From contig JBQTHO010000016.1 of the NCBI GenBank assembly GCA_052389795.1, positions 9,822 through 73,821 on the forward strand: 64,000 nucleotides of DNA, given 5' to 3'. Under the pieces are notes generated by a model, which was not told where the DNA came from, searched no databases, and saw only the letters and a list, made by a program, of their open reading frames with translations. The DNA is from Acidobacteriota bacterium. Lineage in GTDB: Bacteria > Acidobacteriota > Blastocatellia > Pyrinomonadales > Pyrinomonadaceae. Positions 38,032 to 46,411 of the stretch are shown here, in pieces (positions within the stretch are counted from its first letter, which is position 1; the number at the start of each line of letters is the position of its first letter). Position numbers and translations under genes: made by a program.

Positions 38032-38184
38032 ATGAATAAGCGCGAGAAAAAGCGTCGGCAGGAAGCGATAAAAAAAGATAAATTAGAACGCGCTAACCCC
38101 GCTCAGAAGTCGAAACCCAATTTCCCGCAGGATTCCAAGCAGCAATCCGGCTTTGTTCCGAGGCCCGACAAGAAAAGAGGGTAG
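38032..38184 (+). CDS. possible small basic protein (50 aa), candidate leaderless mRNA
   Basis: MNKREKKRRQEAIKKDKLERANPAQKSKPNFPQDSKQQSGFVPRPDKKRG. Below the ORF-track length cutoff. No SD, but TATAAT lies at -12 to -7. Confidence 0.35.
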   Translation: MNKREKKRRQEAIKKDKLERANPAQKSKPNFPQDSKQQSGFVPRPDKKRG

Positions 38185-38197
38185 CTTGCCATGCCAA

Positions 38198-38329
38198 ACA
38201 GAACCGCGACTGGTAAGGAGCGGGATAAAGATTCAATTAGTTCGCCATCCCTCATGGTTGGGCGATCCTTGTCACTCGATCACGCAAGGTGCGCCCTTAA
38301 CCCACCGAGCTATCGGTCGCGGTTCTGTA
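38198..38329. mobile_element. Fam-B MITE-like element
   Basis: ACAGAACCGCGACTGGTAAGGAGCGGG ... CCCACCGAGCTATCGGTCGCGGTTCTGT. The interior ends (GCGGGATAA..CTTAACCC) are shared with the 40290 copy. Confidence 0.65.
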
Positions 38330-38365
38330 ACGAATGCTCGTCGCGGAGCGACGAGGTGAGTTTCG

Positions 38366-38520
38366 CCGGGCCTTAGGCCCGGAAAAGTTTGACCGAATGA
38401 TGACCGTCGCGCAGCGACGGTTGACGCTCAATCGTCACTAACGCCACGAAATGTCTTTGGTGGCGATCGCCTTCCGTGACTTGAAAGCCACGGCTAAAGT
38501 CATGCCGACGCTACGCGTCG
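38366..38520. repeat. hairpin-bead element
   Basis: Hairpins CCGGGCCTTAGGCCCGG, ACCGTCGCGCAGCGACGGT, GCCACGAAATGTCTTTGGTGGC, GACTTGAAAGCCACGGCTAAAGTC, CGACGCTACGCGTCG. Confidence 0.7.
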
Positions 38521-38598
38521 AAAAACCAAAGCTCCCGGAATCCTCCCAATTGATTTCTTTCCCCGAGAAATCTGTGTAATCTGTGGCTTCAAAAAACT

Positions 38599-40278
38599 AT
38601 GTCCACTGAGAACAAAGTCATCTATTCAATGGTCGGCGTCAGTAAGTTCTATGACAAGAAGCCGGTCTTGAAAGACATTTATCTCTCGTATTTCTACGGC
38701 GCGAAGATTGGCGTGATTGGCCTGAACGGCTCGGGAAAGTCTTCCTTGCTCCGTGTTCTCGCGGGCGTTGATAAGGAGTTTCTCGGCGAGACGGTGATTT
38801 CGCCCGGCTACACCGTCGGATTTCTCGAACAAGAACCGTTAATTGATGACTCGCGAACGGTGCGTGAAGTCGTCGAAGAGGCGGTGAAAGAAACCGTAAC
38901 CCTCCTGAAGGAATATGAGGAGATAAACGCGAAGTTCGGCGAAGAGTTGTCTGACGACGAGATGAACGCGTTGCTCGAGCGTCAGGGGGCCGTGCAGGAG
39001 AAGCTGGACCAACTGGACGCCTGGGATTTGGATTCGCGGCTGGAGATGGCGATGGATGCTCTGCGTTGTCCGCCGCCTGATACGCCGGTGAAAATTTTGT
39101 CCGGCGGTGAACGCCGGCGAGTCGCGCTATGCCGGTTGTTGCTTCAAAAACCCGACATACTGTTATTGGACGAACCCACTAACCACCTCGATGCTGAGTC
39201 GGTCGCCTGGCTTGAACATCACCTGCAGACATATGCGGGAACAATCATCGCGGTGACGCACGATCGATACTTTCTCGACAATGTTGCCGGCTGGATTCTC
39301 GAACTGGATCGGGGCGAAGGCATTCCCTGGAAAGGAAACTATTCAAGCTGGCTGGAACAGAAGCAGGAGCGTTTGCGGCGCGAAGAGAAATCTGCGAGCG
39401 AGCGACAAAAGACTTTGCAGCGTGAGCTGGAATGGATTCGCATGTCGCCCAAAGCGCGACGCGCAAAAGGCCAGGCGCGCATCAACGCGTACGAAAACCT
39501 CCTGGGGGCAGAGTCGGACAAGCGTCGCGAAGATTTAGAGATTCATATTCCGCCGGGGCCGCGTCTCGGCGACGTCGTCATCGAAGCCGAAAAAGTGAGC
39601 AAAGCCTACGGCGATCAATTGCTGGTTGAAGACATGACCTTCGCGCTTCCGCCCGGAGGCATTGTTGGCGTCATCGGTCCGAACGGGGCAGGGAAGACCA
39701 CTTTGTTTCGGATGATCACTACGGACGAAAAGCCGGACAGCGGGCAGATCAGAATCGGCGAGACGGTGCAGTTGGCTTACGTCGATCAAAGCCGCACGCT
39801 TGATGCAAACAAATCCATCTGGGAAGAGATCTCGGGCGGACAAGATATGCTCAAGCTCGGTAATCGCGAGGTGAATTCGCGAGCGTACGTTGGCCGCTTC
39901 AACTTTTCCGGCTCAGATCAGCAAAAGAAAGTGTCCATGTTGTCAGGCGGAGAACGGAATCGCGTGCATCTCGCCAAGATGTTGAAAGAAGGCGCAAACG
40001 TTTTATTGCTCGATGAGCCGACGAACGACCTGGATGTAAACACTCTGCGTGCGTTGGAAGAGGCTTTGGAGAGTTTTGCCGGCTGTGTTGTCGTCATCTC
40101 GCACGATCGTTGGTTTCTTGATCGGATTGCGACGCACATGCTGGCTTTCGAAGGCGACAGTAAAGTCGTCTGGTTCGAAGGTAACTATTCGGACTATGAA
40201 GAGGATCGCAAAGCGCGTCTGGGAGCTGAGGCCGAAGTGCCTCATCGGATTAAGTACCGGCAGTTGACCAGAGCGTAA
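38599..40278 (+). CDS. ettA: energy-dependent translational throttle protein EttA (ABC-F ATPase)
   Basis: 559 aa. N-terminus VIYSMVGVSKFYDKKPVLKDIYLSYFYGAKIGVIGLNGSGKSSLLR. Two ABC cassettes (GLNGSGKSS/LSGGERRRV and [18 protein letters not shown]). C-terminal RIKYRQL. Confidence 0.93.
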   Translation: MSTENKVIYSMVGVSKFYDKKPVLKDIYLSYFYGAKIGVIGLNGSGKSSLLRVLAGVDKEFLGETVISPGYTVGFLEQEPLIDDSRTVREVVEEAVKETVTLLKEYEEINAKFGEELSDDEMNALLERQGAVQEKLDQLDAWDLDSRLEMAMDALRCPPPDTPVKILSGGERRRVALCRLLLQKPDILLLDEPTNHLDAESVAWLEHHLQTYAGTIIAVTHDRYFLDNVAGWILELDRGEGIPWKGNYSSWLEQKQERLRREEKSASERQKTLQRELEWIRMSPKARRAKGQARINAYENLLGAESDKRREDLEIHIPPGPRLGDVVIEAEKVSKAYGDQLLVEDMTFALPPGGIVGVIGPNGAGKTTLFRMITTDEKPDSGQIRIGETVQLAYVDQSRTLDANKSIWEEISGGQDMLKLGNREVNSRAYVGRFNFSGSDQQKKVSMLSGGERNRVHLAKMLKEGANVLLLDEPTNDLDVNTLRALEEALESFAGCVVVISHDRWFLDRIATHMLAFEGDSKVVWFEGNYSDYEEDRKARLGAEAEVPHRIKYRQLTRA

Positions 40279-40289
40279 GACTACCTTCT

Positions 40290-40409
40290 TACAGAACCGC
40301 GAGCGGTAGCGAGCGGGATAACGGCTCAAGTTGTGCGCGTGATTCATCCCGTCACGAAGGATAAGGAAGTTGAGTTCTTAACCCGCTCGCCACCGCTCGC
40401 GGTTCTGTA
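40290..40409. mobile_element. Fam-B MITE-like element (best-preserved copy)
   Basis: 27-nt terminal inverted repeats ACAGAACCGCGAGCGGTAGCGAGCGGG / CCCGCTCGCCACCGCTCGCGGTTCTGT (26 of 27 complementary). 120 bp, no ORF. Confidence 0.7.
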
Positions 40410-40421
40410 TCGTCTGGCAGC

Positions 40422-41273
40422 ATGACAACAGCTTCTCAAACGACGGAATCCAGTAAAGTCATCGAACAGACAGGACAATGCCTTAACTGCGGCGCCGATC
40501 TATCCGGCAAGTACTGCGCTGCTTGTGGCCAGAAGAAAGTTGACCGGCGCGATCTCTCAGTCCGCCGTTTCTTTGGTCATGTCCTCAGCGAACTCACGGA
40601 CCTTCAGTCTAACAAGATTCTCCGCACGTTGGGTGCGTTACTGTTCCGGCCGGGGCAACCAACATCGGAATATCTCGCCGGCCGGAAAGGCTTTCACATT
40701 GGCCCGGTACGGCTGTATCTAACTTTCAGTGCGATTTATTTTCTGTTCGCGTGGGGAACTCTGTCAGATGCTCGCGGCGGCGGCGCCGTAAGAATGAGCC
40801 GGGCCCCGGAGGTCATTCAGATGGCCCAGCAGCGGGGCGTCGACAGCCTGGTGTTCGCCGAACGGATTCAGGATCGCGCCGAACGAATAGCGGCGGTGCT
40901 GAGATTCCTGAGCGTCCTCGTCTCGGGCGCGTTTCTGTCGCTCTTGTATTTCTCGACGCGTCGCTACTATGTTGAGCACCTGATCTTTTCATTTCACTAC
41001 TACTCGTTCGATTTCTTCTGTAAGAGTCTGTTCGCCGTCCTATTTCTTGCGGTGGCGGCGGTCGGTGGAAGATTGCCGGGGATGGCCTTGAATTTCTTTT
41101 ACCCGATCGCATTCGTTTATCTGATGTTCGCTTTGCGCCGGGTGTATCGGCAGCGCTGGCCAATTACGATCCTGAAATCGTTAGTGTTGTTCGTTTGCGA
41201 GACGGCTTTGTTCATCACCATAAACATTGCAGGCTTTATAATTTCTTTCGCCATTGCCGGCGTTCGCGGATAG
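40422..41273 (+). CDS. DUF3667-like membrane protein with an N-terminal zinc ribbon
   Basis: CLNCGADLSGKYCAACGQK, then several TM helices. Confidence 0.65.
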   Translation: MTTASQTTESSKVIEQTGQCLNCGADLSGKYCAACGQKKVDRRDLSVRRFFGHVLSELTDLQSNKILRTLGALLFRPGQPTSEYLAGRKGFHIGPVRLYLTFSAIYFLFAWGTLSDARGGGAVRMSRAPEVIQMAQQRGVDSLVFAERIQDRAERIAAVLRFLSVLVSGAFLSLLYFSTRRYYVEHLIFSFHYYSFDFFCKSLFAVLFLAVAAVGGRLPGMALNFFYPIAFVYLMFALRRVYRQRWPITILKSLVLFVCETALFITINIAGFIISFAIAGVRG

Positions 41274-41307
41274 ATTAAGAATCAATTTGAGGTCACTAAA
41301 AGTGAGA

Positions 41308-41709
41308 ATGACTCGCACAGTTTGTGTACTTACCATCGTCACATTCTTCTTGATGCTGACTGCTGTTGGGACAGCGGAAGAACATTTCAGCGTCAGGGAA
41401 TACAACGTCTTTCACGATCTGCTTCACCCGCTGGAACACGAGGCTGTACCCGCGAAAGACTTTCAACGCATCAGGACGAATGCCGCGGACCTAGTCCGCC
41501 GCGGAGAAGCTATCGTCCGCGTCGGCAGGCCGAAGGCCACAGCTGAACGATACCGGGAAGACTTTCGCAAAGAGTTGAAGAAGTTTAAGAGCGCGCTCGG
41601 CAGGCTGCGCAAAGATGCGAAACGCGGGACTGACGCGCAACTCGAAGCTTCTTTCAGCGCGGTCCACGATTCGTTTGAGATGTTGGCGGGGATGCTGCCG
41701 CGAAAATGA
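41308..41709 (+). CDS. hypothetical secreted helical protein (about 133 aa)
   Basis: Signal peptide MTRTVCVLTIVTFFLMLTAVGTA. The stop overlaps the next start (ATGA). The ORF is open from 41254. Confidence 0.55.
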   Translation: MTRTVCVLTIVTFFLMLTAVGTAEEHFSVREYNVFHDLLHPLEHEAVPAKDFQRIRTNAADLVRRGEAIVRVGRPKATAERYREDFRKELKKFKSALGRLRKDAKRGTDAQLEASFSAVHDSFEMLAGMLPRK

Positions 41710-43169
41710 ACTTTCCAAGGGTGAGTAAACAAACTGGAATCTGGCAAATCATCGGCGCCTCGTCGGTCGGGACAATGATCGAGTGGTATGACTTCTACAT
41801 CTTTGGAAGTCTGGCCACGATCATCGCGCCGCTCTTTTATCCGCAGGGCAACAACACGCTGGCGCTGATCGCTTACCTCTCGACGTTTGCGGTCGGTTTC
41901 GTCGTTCGTCCGTTTGGCGCGCTCTTCTTTGGCCGCATCGGCGATCTAGTCGGGCGCAAGTATGCGTTCCTGGTGACGCTGCTCATCATGGGCGGCGCGA
42001 CCGCGCTGATTGGTTTTCTGCCGACCTACGCGACGATTGGCGTGGCCGCGCCGATTATTCTGCTGGTAATTCGCATCCTGCAGGGCCTGGCGCTGGGAGG
42101 TGAGTACGGCGGCGCTGCGGTTTATGTCGCCGAACACGTGCCTGACGAGCGACGCGGTTTCTTCACGAGTTTCATTCAGATTACCGCAACGCTCGGTTTG
42201 TTTCTCTCGCTGGTCGTCATCCTCGTTATTCAGAACTTCATGAGCAGGGAAGCATTCGCCACTTGGGGATGGCGCCTGCCCTTCATCATCTCGATATTCC
42301 TCGTCGCCGTTTCGCTTTATATCCGTCTGCGAATGCAGGAGTCACCCATCTTCACGCATATCAAGGCCGCGGGAATGACTTCAGCGCAACCGCTGAAGGA
42401 AGCATTCACCAAGTGGAATAATCTCAAGCGTGTCCTGATCTCTCTGTTCGGCGCGACCGCCGGCCAAGGGGTGGTGTGGTACACCGGCCAGTTCTATGCA
42501 CTCTTCTATTTGCAGACGATTCTGAAGGTCAACACGACATCGGCGAATTACATCGTCGCTACCGCATTGTTGTTCGGCATTCCGTTTTTTGTCTTATTTG
42601 GCGCCCTCTCGGATCGGTTCGGACGAAAAAAGATCATGATGCTCGGCTGTTTGCTCGCCGCGCTCACTTATTTGCCGATCTATCACGCGATGCAGCAAGC
42701 CGCGGGTTCACAGGTCGTCACGGCAGTATCACAACGGAATGCGGTAACAGGCGCGATCAATCTGACGCCGCAAACGTCTGTTAACGGAACTCTCCAGCCC
42801 GCCGCCGAGGTTCTAACGTACACGGGCTTGGGAAACCTTTTTCAAAACAGCGTGGCGTGGAAACTGATTCTGCTCGTGTTCATCCAGGTAATTTTTGTAA
42901 CGATGGTGTACGGACCGATTGCGGCTTATCTCGTCGAAGCATTTCCGGCCAAGATTCGTTATACGTCGCTGTCGCTGCCTTATCACATTGGCAATGGTGT
43001 GTTCGGTGGGCTGCTGCCGCTGATTGGGTTGAGCGTTATCGCACAAACCGGCAACATTTATGCGGGACTGTACTATCCAATCGTGGTCGCCGGGCTGACT
43101 TTTATTATCGGCTCGTTGCTGCTGCCCGAAACCCGCCACGTCCGAATCTGGCAAGAAGTTAAGGAATAA
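41706..43169 (+). CDS. MFS transporter, metabolite:H+ symporter (MHS) family
   Basis: GTMIEWYDFYIFGSLA and FFGRIGDLVGRKY motifs. 12 TM pattern. Confidence 0.88.
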   Translation: MNFPRVSKQTGIWQIIGASSVGTMIEWYDFYIFGSLATIIAPLFYPQGNNTLALIAYLSTFAVGFVVRPFGALFFGRIGDLVGRKYAFLVTLLIMGGATALIGFLPTYATIGVAAPIILLVIRILQGLALGGEYGGAAVYVAEHVPDERRGFFTSFIQITATLGLFLSLVVILVIQNFMSREAFATWGWRLPFIISIFLVAVSLYIRLRMQESPIFTHIKAAGMTSAQPLKEAFTKWNNLKRVLISLFGATAGQGVVWYTGQFYALFYLQTILKVNTTSANYIVATALLFGIPFFVLFGALSDRFGRKKIMMLGCLLAALTYLPIYHAMQQAAGSQVVTAVSQRNAVTGAINLTPQTSVNGTLQPAAEVLTYTGLGNLFQNSVAWKLILLVFIQVIFVTMVYGPIAAYLVEAFPAKIRYTSLSLPYHIGNGVFGGLLPLIGLSVIAQTGNIYAGLYYPIVVAGLTFIIGSLLLPETRHVRIWQEVKE

Positions 43170-43271
43170 AACTTTCGTAAGCGAAGGTTGGACCTTCCCG
43201 CCGACTCAGGGGACATCTTGCCCAAAGCTGCAAAATGAGCGAGGTCTTTCGGGAGCGGACCGGGCGTCTTC

Positions 43272-43380
43272 TACTTTGCGTGTCTTTGCGCCTTAGCGCA
43301 TTTGCCTGAACCAGCCGTCGTCAACAAAAGGGGCGTTTCACGCAAAGACGGCAAAATCGCAAAGGATCGCAAAGGCAAAA
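43272..43380. repeat. Fam-F heptamer-arm inverted repeat (CGCAAAG type)
   Basis: TACTTTGCGTGTCTTTGCGCCTTAGCGCATTTGCC pairs with CACGCAAAGACGGCAAAATCGCAAAGGATCGCAAAGGCAAAA. Confidence 0.75.
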
Positions 43381-43445
43381 TAGGACTCTACGCAGCGGAC
43401 CCATAACCTTTTGCCTTGCCGGAAGTTTATATACATTGAGGACCA

Positions 43446-44051
43446 ATGCCAGGCGGCAAACCTGCAAATATACGCCTTGAAAATGAGCGAGAGGCGGAGG
43501 AACGGCGGCTTGTGGAAGCCGCCCAGCAGGATCGTGCGCATTTCGTTCAGGTCTACGAGGAATACTTCGATCTGGTTTATGCGTACGTTGCGCGGCGGAC
43601 GAGAGGCCGTGATGACGCTGAGGATATGACGGCAGAAGTATTTCGGAAAGCGCTGGAGAATCTTCCGCGCTTCAAATGGACGGGCGCTCCGTTCGGCGCC
43701 TGGTTGCTGCGGATTTCGTCTAACCTAATTGCGGATCGAGCAAAGCGCGCAGCCAGGGATGGGGGCAGTAGCCCGCGCGTATTCAAGGGCGTTATTACGT
43801 CCCCCGACGCGTCGAGCGCAGCACAAACACAGCAACGTGTCGTTGAAGAAGCCGAGCGTAGCGCGCGTTTGTTCAGGGTCGTTGACGAACTCGCCGATGA
43901 CCAACAGCGCGTAATCACCATGAGGTTTGCCGAAGAAAAATCAATTCGAAAAATCGCTGAGGAGCTTGGTCGCAGTGAAGGCGCGGTCAAGCAACTACAG
44001 TTTAGGGCACTGCAAAATTTACGGGCAAAGCTCGCTAGCCAGATGAAGTGA
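43446..44051 (+). CDS. ECF-type RNA polymerase sigma factor (second copy in the window)
   Basis: Region 2 (FVQVYEEYFDLVYAYVARRTRGRDDAEDMTAEVFRKAL, WLLRISSNLIADR) and region 4 (QQRVITMRFAEEKSIRKIAEELGRSEGAVKQLQFRALQNLR). The linker carries a degenerate Fam-A unit (43762-43792). Confidence 0.85.
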   Translation: MPGGKPANIRLENEREAEERRLVEAAQQDRAHFVQVYEEYFDLVYAYVARRTRGRDDAEDMTAEVFRKALENLPRFKWTGAPFGAWLLRISSNLIADRAKRAARDGGSSPRVFKGVITSPDASSAAQTQQRVVEEAERSARLFRVVDELADDQQRVITMRFAEEKSIRKIAEELGRSEGAVKQLQFRALQNLRAKLASQMK

Positions 44052-44065
44052 TGAGCAAATGAGTC

Positions 44066-45061
44066 ATGAGTGAAGTTCTCTTAACAGAACAACTCGATCA
44101 GGCGGTCAGCAACCTCTTGCGGGAGGCCGAAGCTACGCCGCCGTCTCTCGATCCTGAGATCGCGGCCTTGCTGGACATTGCCGCCGGTTTGCGGGCGCTT
44201 CCGCGCCGGGATTTCAAAGCGCGCCTGCGGAACGAACTTGAAGGAAGAACATCAATGACAGGGAATACTGCCGTCAAAAGCGCCGCCAAGCCAGCCGCCA
44301 AGATTCGCGAAGGCTTTCGAGCGGTCACGCCTTATCTCACCGTGCCGGACGTTTTCGCCGAAATCGAATTCATCACAGCAACATTCGGCGCCGCCGGGGA
44401 GGTGTACGGATTGGGGTCCGCAGGTGGGTATCATTCGGAATACAAAGTTGGAGACTCGATGATCATGATCGGTGGCGGTGGCGGCAAATCCAAGTGGAAA
44501 GGTGAGCCGGCCCCGGCCTCGCTCCATGTTTACGTCGAAGATGTAGACGACGTTTACCGGCGCGCTTTGCAAGCCGGAGCGAAATCACTGATGCCGCCCA
44601 CGGACATGGACTATGGCGAACGAAGTGGGGCGATCGAAGATCCTGGTGGAAATCACTGGTATCTGGCGACGGCATTTGGATCTGGCTATGTGCCCGAAGG
44701 ACGGCTAGACGTGATGGCGCACTTCAGTCTGCGCGGTGCCAGGAAAATGATTGATTTCCTGGAATCAGCGTTCGCAGCCGAGACGCTCGCCGTTCACGAA
44801 TCGCCGGATGGCGTGGTGCATCACGCGGTGGTTAGCATCGTCGATTCAATTGTCGAGGTGGGCGAAGCGCATGGCCTATGGCAGCCGCGGCCCATGCACT
44901 TTATGCTATACGTCGATGACGCTGATGCCTGGTATTCGAGGGCGATGAACGCCGAAGGAGCGATCTCAATGGGCGAGCCGTCCGATCAACCTTACGGCGC
45001 TCGGGTCGGGACAATCAAAGACCCGTTCGAGAATGTTTGGTACATCGCGACCCGGCTGTAA
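44066..45061 (+). CDS. protein with an N-terminal ~85-aa helical region and two VOC/glyoxalase (PhnB-like) domains
   Basis: Two copies of the PhnB-like pattern (FRAVTPYLTVPD...KVGDSMIMIGG...YGERSGAIEDPGGNHWYLAT and MAHFSLRG...YGARVGTIKDPFENVWYIAT). No TM segment. Start is 14 nt after the sigma stop. Confidence 0.75.
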   Translation: MSEVLLTEQLDQAVSNLLREAEATPPSLDPEIAALLDIAAGLRALPRRDFKARLRNELEGRTSMTGNTAVKSAAKPAAKIREGFRAVTPYLTVPDVFAEIEFITATFGAAGEVYGLGSAGGYHSEYKVGDSMIMIGGGGGKSKWKGEPAPASLHVYVEDVDDVYRRALQAGAKSLMPPTDMDYGERSGAIEDPGGNHWYLATAFGSGYVPEGRLDVMAHFSLRGARKMIDFLESAFAAETLAVHESPDGVVHHAVVSIVDSIVEVGEAHGLWQPRPMHFMLYVDDADAWYSRAMNAEGAISMGEPSDQPYGARVGTIKDPFENVWYIATRL

Positions 45062-45158
45062 GTCAGAAGCCCGACTGTCAGGGAGGGCAAGTTGTCGAGA
45101 CACTCAAGATGAGTGTTAGCTGGTTGCCCTCGCTTAGCTCGCGCTCCTGACAGGTCGG
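45062..45158. repeat. Fam-A inverted pair (right arm degenerate)
   Basis: GTCAGAAGCCCGACTGTCAGGGAGGGCAAG ... TTGCCCTCGCTTAGCTCGCGCTCCTGACAGGTCGG. Confidence 0.7.
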
Positions 45159-45196
45159 CCAACACGAAATTCATTTAATCCAAAGGAGAAACAATT

Positions 45197-45676
45197 ATGT
45201 CAGTCAAACCAATTCCCGAGGGTTACCATTCGGTGACGCCTTATTTGATCGTGCGTGGTGGCGGCGCGGCAATTGAGTACTACCAAAGGGCATTCGGGGC
45301 AGTTGAGCTGTTTCGAATTCCGGCGCCGGGCGGAACGGTTGGCCACGCTGAAATCAAGATTGGCGACTCAATCATCATGCTCGCCGACGAACATCCGGAC
45401 ATGGGTCACAACGGGCCGCAAACGATTGGCGGTTCGCCCGTAAGTCTGATGATTTACGTCGAAGACGTTGACACAGTGTTTGAGCGTGCGGTTACCGCCG
45501 GAGCCACGGTGAAGCAGGCCCTCGAAGACAAGTTTTATGGCGATCGCTCGGGCACGATCGTGGATCCTTTTGGGCATATCTGGCACATCTCGACTCACAA
45601 AGAGGACGTTCCGGCGGAAGAGATGGAGCGCCGCGCGAAAGAACACAGTGCGGCGGCATCGGGCGGCGACCAGTAG
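45197..45676 (+). CDS. VOC family protein (PhnB-like glyoxalase fold)
   Basis: GYHSVTPYLIVRGGGAAIEYYQRAFGA...GHAEIKIGDSIIMLADE...FYGDRSGTIVDPFGHIWHISTH. Confidence 0.85.
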   Translation: MSVKPIPEGYHSVTPYLIVRGGGAAIEYYQRAFGAVELFRIPAPGGTVGHAEIKIGDSIIMLADEHPDMGHNGPQTIGGSPVSLMIYVEDVDTVFERAVTAGATVKQALEDKFYGDRSGTIVDPFGHIWHISTHKEDVPAEEMERRAKEHSAAASGGDQ

Positions 45677-45723
45677 CTTTGCCTAACTAATCAAGCCGGT
45701 GTAGATTCTTCAGCCGAGGTACT

Positions 45724-46302
45724 ATGAATAAAAGAATCTACACCGCACTTTTCTTGTCGCTGCTGCTGTCTGCGACGGCTTGCTCCAGTAGCGCAAACCA
45801 ACCCGCGAATCAGCAGCCTGCAGTGCCGGCGACCGGCGAACTACGCTTCAAAGCTCCTGACGGTTGGGTCACAGAAAAAACAACTTCGACCATGCGCGTC
45901 GCGCAGTACAAGCTGCCGAAGGCCGATGGCGATCCGGAAGACGCCTCGCTGGTGCTGTATTATTTTGGCGCCGCGCAGGGCGGTTCGACGCAGGCAAACG
46001 TTGAGCGCTGGATCAATCAAATCAAACAACCGGACGGCTCTTCTTCCCAGGACAAAGCAAAAACAGAAACTGTGACCGTGAACGGTTTGAAAGTGACCAC
46101 GGTCGATGTCACCGGCACCTACACGGCTGAGATGATGCCGGGTGGCGGCGATCGGCACAACGCCGCTAACTATCGCTTGCGTGCTGCGGTGATCGAGACG
46201 CCGAAAGGAAGTTACTTTCCGAAACTAGTAGGGCCGGCGAACACGATCGCGAAGTGGGATCAGGCGTACAACGACTACCTAAAATCGTTCGAGTTCAAAT
46301 AA
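45724..46302 (+). CDS. hypothetical lipoprotein (192 aa)
   Basis: Signal peptide with lipobox-like LLSATAC|SSS. Confidence 0.6.
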   Translation: MNKRIYTALFLSLLLSATACSSSANQPANQQPAVPATGELRFKAPDGWVTEKTTSTMRVAQYKLPKADGDPEDASLVLYYFGAAQGGSTQANVERWINQIKQPDGSSSQDKAKTETVTVNGLKVTTVDVTGTYTAEMMPGGGDRHNAANYRLRAAVIETPKGSYFPKLVGPANTIAKWDQAYNDYLKSFEFK

Positions 46303-46310
46303 CCGATACG

Positions 46311-46390
46311 GGGGGCAGTAGCCTGACCGTCAGGGAGGGCGTTTGTATTTGTGGGAAACTACGCCCTCCCTGACGGTCGGGCTACTGCCC
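46311..46390. repeat. Fam-A inverted pair forming an 80-nt hairpin
   Basis: GGGGCAGTAGCCTGACCGTCAGGGAGGGCGT - 18 nt - ACGCCCTCCCTGACGGTCGGGCTACTGCCCC (30 of 31 complementary). Confidence 0.9.
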
Positions 46391-46411
46391 CATGTCACAT
46401 ACAGCGGGAGA

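Noticed and set aside
46343-46411. N-terminal extensions in the ORF track that begin inside repeats: 46343 (..PSLTVGLLP..), 33119 (MPLTVGLLTH..), 24393 (..HRNRFNGF..), 31710 (overlapping terC), 28893, 41254, 54991.
   Set aside because: The extra codons are translations of Fam-A/Fam-C repeat units or overlap the preceding gene. Internal ATGs with SD-like sequences give family-typical N-termini or signal peptides.
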